In this document: positions 24,126-31,389 of the stretch, in pieces
Layout: each line of letters starts with the position of its first letter
Numbering within the stretch: position 1 is the first letter of the stretch
Source: an uncultured Candidatus Saccharibacteria bacterium
GTDB taxonomy: Bacteria; Patescibacteriota; Minisyncoccia; Phycocordibacterales; PALSA-1337
Direction: 5' to 3'
Length of the DNA: 35,160 bases
Assembly (NCBI GenBank): GCA_964593965.1
Contig: CAZQKU010000001.1
Coordinates: 1 to 35,160 of the forward strand
Notes under the pieces: generated by a model
Database searches by the model: none
What the model was told of the DNA's origin: nothing
Seen by the model: the letters and a program-made list of their open reading frames with translations, nothing else
Position numbers and translations under genes: made by a program

Positions 24126-27100
24126 ATGAAGAATATATATCAAATTCTTCTCATACTCTTCGTCATCACGCTCTCCACCGTTTTTTGTGCCGAAATTTCC
24201 ACCGCTTCCGCGTCGACCAATTTCAATCAAGAAATAAATTATCAAGGACGACTGACGACGCCTCTCGGTGTGGCTGTGGCAAACGGCAGTTATGATGTTC
24301 GTTTCAAGCTCTACACCGTTCCCACCGGCGGTACGCCGATCTGGTCGGAAACGGATTGTTATGCGGCAGTCGGCAGTACGACCAATTGTAATGGTACTGG
24401 TCCCGATAATCGCGCTAGCATGAACAGTGGACTGTTCAGCATTATGCTCGGAAATACGACGCCGTTTACCGGAGTTAATTTCAATCAGACTCTGTATCTG
24501 TCGGTTGAGATCGGCGGAATATCAAGCACGTCTCCGTCATGGGATGGTGAAATGAGTCCGCGCAAACCTCTCGGCGTGGTCCCGGCGGCAATGACTGCCG
24601 CCAGTCTAAATGGTATAAGTGATACTCAATTTTTTCGGAATGATATCACCAACAGCACGTCCTCAAGTAGCGCCTTTTTGAACGTTACCCAGACGGGTAC
24701 GGGCCCCGTCGCTACATTTACAGGTGCGACCACAACGGATATATTTTCCATCTTGTCTAGCGGTAATGTCGGCATCGGCACTACTACTCCCGGTTCAGCT
24801 CTTACTGTCGTCGGTGATACCTTCATCACTGGTAATGCCACCGCTACCAACCTTACTGCCACCGGGACGTTAAACATTTCCGGCTCTACTACCCTCGCCT
24901 CATCATTGAACGGCCTCCTTTTTTCTACCAACGGTCTCGTCTCATCTCTGGCCACTTCATCTATCGCCGTACTAAACGGTCTTACCACTGCCACGAGCCT
25001 TTCTTCCGTCGGTATCCTTACCTCTGGCTCTATCGCCTCTGGCTTCGGTAACATCAACATCGGTACCAATATCTTCACCGGTAATGGATCAGGCTTGACC
25101 AATATCTCCACTTCATCGCTTGTCGGAGTGCTTGCCGTGGCAAACGGCGGTACGGGTCTCTCATCCGTTTCCGCATCGTCATTTTTCTTGACCGATTCTT
25201 CCGGCAATCCGTACACCGGTACGACAACACCAGCCTTCACTCTCGGTGGTACCGTGATGGGGAACAATCAGAATATCACCGGTCTCAGCCTCCTCTCTTC
25301 CACCGGTGGAACATTTACGAATACCACTGCAACCAATGCCACGACAACCAAGTTTGCTGTTATTGGTACCGGAACATCAACCTTCAGTGGCGGTATCATC
25401 GCTACCTGCTTTGCTACGACGACGGGTGGGCAATGTATTACGGGTGGTAGCAGTGGTGGTGTCTCACTTTCCACCACCAACACATGGACCGCTCTCCAAA
25501 CCTTCGGTAACAACATTTCTTTTGGTGGAGCAAGCACATCCATCGCAAGTCTCATATCAGATCAATTCTTGAAGTATAACGGTACAAACTGGATCAATGC
25601 CGCCATTGCTACCTCTGATGTCTCCGGTCTCGGTTCTCTAGCTACCTTAAGCACTGTCAACAATGCTAACTGGTCGGGTACGCCGCTTGCCGTAGGGAAT
25701 GGAGGTACAGGACTCACTTCCGCTTCCACCTCCTCTTTCTTTCTGACCAATGCTTCCGGCAATCCGTACACCGGTACGACAACACCAGCCTTCACTCTCG
25801 GTGGTACCGTGATGGGGAACAATCAGAATATCACCGGTCTCAGCCTCCTCTCTTCCACCGGTGGAACATTTACCAATGCCACAGCCACAAACATTGTTGC
25901 AACAAACGCTTCAACGACGAATGCTACGACGACCAATCTCGCTGTTACCGGCACTGGCACTACAACATTCGGCGGCGGTATCATCGCCACCTGCTTTGCT
26001 ACGACGACGGGGGGAAAGTGCATTACTAGCAGTAGCGGAACCAGTGGCGGAAACGGTACAGTCACCAGTGTCGGCATAACCGTACCAACAGGATTATCAG
26101 TATCGGGTGTACCGATAACAACAGCAGGAACAGCAACGATTACCCTCGCCGGTGGATATGTTATACCCCTGATCGCCTCTACCACTCAATGGGCTTCAGC
26201 ATACGCTTCCACATCAGCACTCAATGCCACAGGTCCTATAACATATAACAAATCAACAGGGACGATTGCATGTGCATCATGCATCACATCAAATCTCATA
26301 TCTTCCGTCTCAAACAGCGACGGTACACTGACTGTCAGTCCAACTACAGGTGCAGTAGTTGCCTCTCTCAATCTCGGCAATGCCAATACGTGGACAGGCA
26401 CGCAACAGTTCAATGGGGGAATAAATTATCCAAATGGAAATACGATGGTGGATTCGTCGAGCAATCTTAATTACCCAGATGGGTCTGGTATGACCGATGG
26501 AACCGGTTTGTATTATGACGATAATTCATCGTATGGATCAAATGAAGGTCTTACTGACAATAGTGGTGATTTGTATTTGAGCGAAATGGGGGGCAGTTTG
26601 ATTGATACGCAGGGTGATTCAGGTGCAAATAATCAATGTTTGAAAGCAATAAATGGCGGAACATGGGGAACTTGTGCGGCTCCGTCATCCGAGAAGTATA
26701 AGAACAACATTCAAAATCTTTCCGCCACGAGTTCTCTCAATATAGTGATGGCTCTGCAACCCGTGTCATTTTATTACAAAAATGACATAAACGGCATCGA
26801 CAACAAGACTGGAGGATACCAGCCGCTTGACCCAACCGAGCAAGGTCAGGAAGTCGGTCTTATCGCCGAGCAGGTCTTGGGAGTAGATCCCGATCTTGTC
26901 AATTTCACGACTTCCACGACTACATTCGAGGGTATAACATATCCGCCCGGCACTCCTGATTCCGTCAGGTATGGAAATGCCGTGGCACAGCTCATTGGCG
27001 CGATTCAAGCTCAACAAAGCCAGATCGATATTGCAACTTCAAGTATTTCTACTCTGGCTTCTACATCCGTCAATCAGAATATATCTCTCTCGTCATTATC

Positions 27101-27899
27101 GGCCCAATTCAGTGCACTTTCCTCGGCGATGGCTTCGACGACTCTGACTCTATCGGTATTGACTTCCACTATCGCTTCCATCGCTTCTACTACTTCTACA
27201 TCTACTATTGTCGCTACTCTTTCTTCATCAACATCATTTATTCAGACGATTGCCAATGCCGTCATCGCTATCCTTCAATCGTCCGGTCACGTCATCCAGT
27301 CGGCGGGGAACTGGACGGTCGGTCAGATCAGCGGAACTTTGGCAATGTTCAATCGAGTACAGACACAAACAGCCGCAGTGACAAATGGTATCGAAATGAC
27401 AGATTTTTCCACAGGCCAGATATGGTGTTTGCGGATAAGCAATGGAAACTGGGACAAGACAAATGGTCAATGTTCGGTACAAACAAGCATAACCACTTCG
27501 ACGACTACCGTTATCACCACAGAAGATATAACCAATTCCAGCTTGAATAGTCCGATTGTTTCCGTACCCGTTATTTCATCCGGTTCAAGCACCAATTCAT
27601 CTGCCGATGCAGTCATATCAGCGTCAACTACCGTTGATACTACTGATACTACATCAATAATTTCTGCAACGACAACTGCAGTAGGCACAGTAGGTACAAC
27701 CACCGATTCACAGACGACTTCCACTCCACCTCCAACCCCTGCTTCTACTACACCGACAAGTATAACGGGTGATGATATCACGGCTCCAGCAAGCGTCACT
27801 GATACTGCAAGTACGAGTGTTAATACTCTTATTGATGTATCTGCCACGGATGCCACTACTGTTGTCACTCCGGCTGTTACGTCTGATCCGGGACAATAA
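24126..27899 (+). CDS. Giant tail-fibre-like surface protein with an internal peptidase S74 (intramolecular chaperone) domain
   Basis: 1257 aa. A signal peptide is followed by INYQGRLT...GSYDVRFKLY...IWSE and by Gly/Thr/Ser-rich beta-repeat modules. The S74-like block SSEKYKNNIQNL...LQPVSFYYKND...EVGLIAEQVLGVDPDLV lies at roughly nt 26685-27010. About 300 further aa follow it, including a Ser/Thr-rich tail. Confidence 0.85.
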   Translation: MKNIYQILLILFVITLSTVFCAEISTASASTNFNQEINYQGRLTTPLGVAVANGSYDVRFKLYTVPTGGTPIWSETDCYAAVGSTTNCNGTGPDNRASMNSGLFSIMLGNTTPFTGVNFNQTLYLSVEIGGISSTSPSWDGEMSPRKPLGVVPAAMTAASLNGISDTQFFRNDITNSTSSSSAFLNVTQTGTGPVATFTGATTTDIFSILSSGNVGIGTTTPGSALTVVGDTFITGNATATNLTATGTLNISGSTTLASSLNGLLFSTNGLVSSLATSSIAVLNGLTTATSLSSVGILTSGSIASGFGNINIGTNIFTGNGSGLTNISTSSLVGVLAVANGGTGLSSVSASSFFLTDSSGNPYTGTTTPAFTLGGTVMGNNQNITGLSLLSSTGGTFTNTTATNATTTKFAVIGTGTSTFSGGIIATCFATTTGGQCITGGSSGGVSLSTTNTWTALQTFGNNISFGGASTSIASLISDQFLKYNGTNWINAAIATSDVSGLGSLATLSTVNNANWSGTPLAVGNGGTGLTSASTSSFFLTNASGNPYTGTTTPAFTLGGTVMGNNQNITGLSLLSSTGGTFTNATATNIVATNASTTNATTTNLAVTGTGTTTFGGGIIATCFATTTGGKCITSSSGTSGGNGTVTSVGITVPTGLSVSGVPITTAGTATITLAGGYVIPLIASTTQWASAYASTSALNATGPITYNKSTGTIACASCITSNLISSVSNSDGTLTVSPTTGAVVASLNLGNANTWTGTQQFNGGINYPNGNTMVDSSSNLNYPDGSGMTDGTGLYYDDNSSYGSNEGLTDNSGDLYLSEMGGSLIDTQGDSGANNQCLKAINGGTWGTCAAPSSEKYKNNIQNLSATSSLNIVMALQPVSFYYKNDINGIDNKTGGYQPLDPTEQGQEVGLIAEQVLGVDPDLVNFTTSTTTFEGITYPPGTPDSVRYGNAVAQLIGAIQAQQSQIDIATSSISTLASTSVNQNISLSSLSAQFSALSSAMASTTLTLSVLTSTIASIASTTSTSTIVATLSSSTSFIQTIANAVIAILQSSGHVIQSAGNWTVGQISGTLAMFNRVQTQTAAVTNGIEMTDFSTGQIWCLRISNGNWDKTNGQCSVQTSITTSTTTVITTEDITNSSLNSPIVSVPVISSGSSTNSSADAVISASTTVDTTDTTSIISATTTAVGTVGTTTDSQTTSTPPPTPASTTPTSITGDDITAPASVTDTASTSVNTLIDVSATDATTVVTPAVTSDPGQ
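25198..25873 (+). repeat. In-gene 555-bp-period direct duplication with a 121-nt perfect core
   Basis: 25198-25318 is identical to 25753-25873. The flanking ~150 nt on each side are similar but diverged. At protein level GNPYTGTTTPAFTLGGTVMGNNQNITGLSLLSSTGGTFTN occurs twice. Confidence 0.9.
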
Positions 27900-27929
27900 T
27901 CGAATAATCGGTAGATGTCTTTTAAATGA

Positions 27930-27959
27930 TTGACGGAATCATGTCAAAGCGCATATAAT
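27930..27959 (+). promoter_or_regulatory. Sigma-70-like promoter
   Basis: TTGACG at 27930-27935, N18, then TATAAT at 27954-27959. This is 24 nt upstream of the ATG at 27983. Confidence 0.5.
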
Positions 27960-27982
27960 GGCGATATAAAGTCTCACTAATT

Positions 27983-28909
27983 ATGGAACATCTCACCAAA
28001 CAACAAATTGTCCTCCTCACTCTCTTCACCACCTTCGTCACCTCTATTGCCACCGGTATTGTGACGGTTTCACTTATGGATCAGGCACCGCCAGCGGCTA
28101 CGGGCACTATCGAGCGAGTCATTGAACAGACTGTCAATCAGGTCGCCTCAGGAGTTACCGGTGGGGAAAATTCGGCCTCTGCTTCGGCCAGTGCTTCGGC
28201 CGCTTCCGCTTTCGGCGCGGGTTCTGCCGCCCTTGGCTTGTCGCAGAATCCTCTTGAAGCCGTTGAGAATGCCACAGCCATCGCTGGGAGGAGTCTCGTC
28301 CGCATCAAACTATTGTCCGACGTCAATGCCGGTTTCGGTGCCAGCGACAATTCCAAAATTACCGGTCTTGGCGTCATTGTTTCGAAAGGCGGTCTTATTA
28401 TTACGGATAAGAGTACTATCGTTGTCCAAGGCAATTATGTCGCTATTCTGCCCGATGGCCACAGTCTACCCGTTGCCGTCCTCCAGTCGCAGAACGATGG
28501 CGATATCGTTTTCTTGTTGGCAGAAGTGCCGACTGCGGCTTCGAGCACGACGGCCGAGACTGGTGCATCGAACATCAGCTCCGCCACGACTGAAACATTC
28601 ACTCCTATTACGTTCGCTCCGACCACCGGCACCAATGCTCCCGCTCTTGGCGAAGCGGTCATCACTCTTTCCGGTATTGACAGCACTGTCGTCAATCAAG
28701 GAATTATAAAAAAGATAAATACCGATGCCAGCTCCTCACCGACGTCATACGTCACGAACATTGATCCGTTGCAGACGCTTATCGGCAGTCCGCTTTTCGA
28801 CTTGTCGGGAAATATTATCGGCTTGCAGACGTTCTCTCTTATGGGAAATGTTTTTTATCCGGTTGGACTTGTAAAGGCGGTTATTCCGGCGTTGAATGGG
28901 GGGAAATAG
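27983..28909 (+). CDS. Membrane-anchored trypsin-fold (HtrA/S1C-like) protein, probably non-catalytic
   Basis: 308 aa with an N-terminal TM helix. GLGVIVSKGGLIITDKSTIV aligns to the GSGfii..G.ilTNaHVv block but lacks the His. DGDIVFLL aligns to the Asp block. LIGSPLFDLSGNIIGL aligns to a shortened GNSGGPL block. Confidence 0.6.
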   Translation: MEHLTKQQIVLLTLFTTFVTSIATGIVTVSLMDQAPPAATGTIERVIEQTVNQVASGVTGGENSASASASASAASAFGAGSAALGLSQNPLEAVENATAIAGRSLVRIKLLSDVNAGFGASDNSKITGLGVIVSKGGLIITDKSTIVVQGNYVAILPDGHSLPVAVLQSQNDGDIVFLLAEVPTAASSTTAETGASNISSATTETFTPITFAPTTGTNAPALGEAVITLSGIDSTVVNQGIIKKINTDASSSPTSYVTNIDPLQTLIGSPLFDLSGNIIGLQTFSLMGNVFYPVGLVKAVIPALNGGK

Positions 28910-28910
28910 G

Positions 28911-29984
28911 CTACGAAATCACATGCGTAATCAAAGCAACCATGGTGTTTTTGTCTTTTGGGTCGCTTTCGGCAACGAGAAGTGCTAGGGCAACAAGCAT
29001 GTTATCGTCTATTTTCTTTTCACCCGAACCACCGGTGCCGACGCGATAGAGCATATTATTTCTGTCGAGAAAATAAATAAAGACAAACGAACCAATGCGC
29101 TTGTTGCCGTCGGAAAACGGATGATCCTTGATGATAAAGTAGAGAAGATGGGCGGCTTTTTCTTCGAGGCTGACATAAAGCTCCTTGTGATCGAAGGTCT
29201 GGTAAACCGTCCGAAGAATACCCTTGAACGACTCATCGCGTTCGCGGCCAAAAAGATCCGACGCTTCGTCTTTGTCGAGAAGCGATCTCGCAAGCTCGTC
29301 TACAGCCGGTCTAACAAAATCGTAGTCGAAGCGGCGCAGTTCTTTCGGCGATTCTTTTGGTTTGTCTTTCGTTTTCAGCCAAGTTTTCTTATTCGTTTTT
29401 GGCAACTTCGGCAAAAGTCTGCCTTCGTCGTATTCCAAAAGCATTCGCCATGAATTGCTATAACCGTTCACGACAGAAAGAAGTCCGTCCACTTCATTCC
29501 TGACAAGAAGCTCGCGCGTCCGCACCGTGCGTTGAATGAATCGCACTTTTTGTTCCAAATCGTCTATGAGTTCCGCGGGTAAGCGCTGTACCCGATTGGC
29601 ATTGACCGCCACACCCTTGAGAATATAGTCCCGCAATACCGTCGTCGCCCAGATACGAAACTGTGTGGCTTTCTTGGAATTGACGCGGTAGCCGACAGCA
29701 ATGATGGCGTCGAGGTTGTAATACTCGATCATGCGGCGCACGGCTCTGTTGCGCTCCATTTGAACTGTTTCCATTTTGGAAACAGTTGAATTATGGACAA
29801 GCTCTCCAGAATAAAATATATTTTTAAGATGTTTTGACACTGCGGCTTTTTTGACATCGAACAAAACGGCGATTTGATTTAGGGATGCCCAAATCGTTTC
29901 CTTCTGGACATCAGCCATGAGTTCCACGTTGCCTTTCGGGTCGGTATAGATAACAATATTTTGCTTTTTATTTTCTTCAGCCAT
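28911..29984 (-). CDS. RhuM-family N-terminal domain fused to a Doc-type Fic domain
   Basis: 357 aa. The N-terminal TIWASLNQIAVLFDVKKAAVSKHLKNIF...AIIAVGYRVNSKKATQFRIWATTVLRDYILKG is RhuM-like. The Fic motif HPFSDGNKRIG (nt 29097-29123) matches the Doc variant HxFx[DN][AG]NKR. TATACT lies 7 nt before the ATG. Confidence 0.8.
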   Translation of the reverse strand: MAEENKKQNIVIYTDPKGNVELMADVQKETIWASLNQIAVLFDVKKAAVSKHLKNIFYSGELVHNSTVSKMETVQMERNRAVRRMIEYYNLDAIIAVGYRVNSKKATQFRIWATTVLRDYILKGVAVNANRVQRLPAELIDDLEQKVRFIQRTVRTRELLVRNEVDGLLSVVNGYSNSWRMLLEYDEGRLLPKLPKTNKKTWLKTKDKPKESPKELRRFDYDFVRPAVDELARSLLDKDEASDLFGRERDESFKGILRTVYQTFDHKELYVSLEEKAAHLLYFIIKDHPFSDGNKRIGSFVFIYFLDRNNMLYRVGTGGSGEKKIDDNMLVALALLVAESDPKDKNTMVALITHVIS

Positions 29985-30131
29985 GCGAGTAAGTATAGCG
30001 ACCTCGACATGGCGAGTGCAAGCCCAAAAATCACAAAAACTTTATCAAAATTTTATTCCGTGGGGATAACTCGGGGATACGCCCCGATAACTTGTCCCCT
30101 CATCCTCATTTTAATCACGTTGTGAATCGTT

Positions 30132-30142
30132 GGGGGGGGGGG
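30132..30142. repeat. Poly-G homopolymer (G11) in a divergent intergenic region
   Basis: Eleven consecutive G residues are read directly. The tract is immediately followed by TGcTATCAT (an extended -10-like element, 30143-30151). Confidence 0.9.
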
Positions 30143-30220
30143 TGCTATCATAGAGGTCAGTGAGACATTCGTATTTTTGGTTTTTTTAGTTCCATTATTT
30201 ATTATTTTAATTAATTATTT

Positions 30221-31132
30221 ATGATGAAAAATATTATCGCTTATTTTACGGCAGTAATGGCTCTTGTATCGCTCGCCATTCCATTGATGGCACCGGTAGC
30301 AGTAAATGCACAGACAGCATCGTCTGGCTTTTGCTACACCTTCAGCCAAAATCTTGGTGAAGGTCGCCCATTAAGTTCACAAGATGCGTCTGCATTGACC
30401 CAAGCTCTCACGAATGCCGGTGTATGGAGCGGAGGTGCTATCACGACATACAACGATGCAGTCGCTTCTGCTGTCTCCGGTTTCCAAGAAAAATATACTT
30501 CGCAAATTCTTGCACCGTATGGTCTATCGTACGGCACAGGTTTCATCGGTGCTTCAACACGATCAGAATTAAATAGTCTCTACGGATGTTCTACTCCTAC
30601 GCAACCAGTACAATCCACACAATGTCCAGCTGGATATACGTGTACGCCAATCAATCAGAATCCTGTCTTTTCATGTCCAAGCGGATATACATGTACACCG
30701 ATAACGACGGCACCGACACAGCCGACAATCACTAATATAAGTAATCCTGTAACTGTACAGGTAGGAACTTTAAGCACCACGTCAACTACAAATTCGACGG
30801 TAATACAGACCACAATACAGTCACTGCCAGTTGCACCACAAATACTTTATCCGGTCGGTGGAGAGATATTGTCTTCGGGTGTACCTACTTCGATATCATG
30901 GAATCCTATCAATTACAGTGATTCATTTGATGTTTCAATTAAAGGAGTTTATACGGGTAATGTTTATTCAATTGTGCAAAATGTTCCAGCACAAGCAACT
31001 GACAAACAGTCAATTAAATGGACTCCCAATCTTACCAATTACCAGAAAGAACCAAGTGGTTTCGTGATACAAGTGTGTGTTTCAGGTACAAATATATGTG
31101 CACAAAGCGCAAATAGTTTTACCATACAATAA
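30221..31132 (+). CDS. Secreted protein with an N-terminal peptidoglycan-binding-like domain and Cys-containing repeats
   Basis: 303 aa with a signal peptide (AYFTAVMALVSLAIPLMAPVAVNA). The PG_binding_1-like block ASALTQALTNAGVW...AVSGFQEKY...GFIGASTRSELNSLY resembles the C-terminus of the 1071-aa protein. CPAGYTCTP and CPSGYTCTP form a repeat. Confidence 0.75.
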   Translation: MMKNIIAYFTAVMALVSLAIPLMAPVAVNAQTASSGFCYTFSQNLGEGRPLSSQDASALTQALTNAGVWSGGAITTYNDAVASAVSGFQEKYTSQILAPYGLSYGTGFIGASTRSELNSLYGCSTPTQPVQSTQCPAGYTCTPINQNPVFSCPSGYTCTPITTAPTQPTITNISNPVTVQVGTLSTTSTTNSTVIQTTIQSLPVAPQILYPVGGEILSSGVPTSISWNPINYSDSFDVSIKGVYTGNVYSIVQNVPAQATDKQSIKWTPNLTNYQKEPSGFVIQVCVSGTNICAQSANSFTIQ

Positions 31133-31216
31133 AGAGTAGTCATTAAAGTAATCCTAGAGATTTTATCTTGATAAATAATGAATAATCCGCCTACCACTTC
31201 CAAGTGTCAGACAGAG

Positions 31217-31245
31217 CTCCGTCACAAAAATGGCGGAGTTTTTTT
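31217..31245 (+). terminator. Rho-independent terminator
   Basis: CTCCGTCA-CAAAAA-TGGCGGAG forms an 8-bp stem (one G:U pair) and is followed by TTTTTTT. Confidence 0.6.
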
Positions 31246-31389
31246 GTAAGATGATAAAAGAAATAAATTTTTGATGAATTTGTATTAAAATCGTCTTTAT
31301 TTCGTCATACGTCGCGTGTATATGACGATATATTTTACGGTACAGACAGCGCGATAGTTATTTTTTAATTGTTATGTTATAATACTGCC

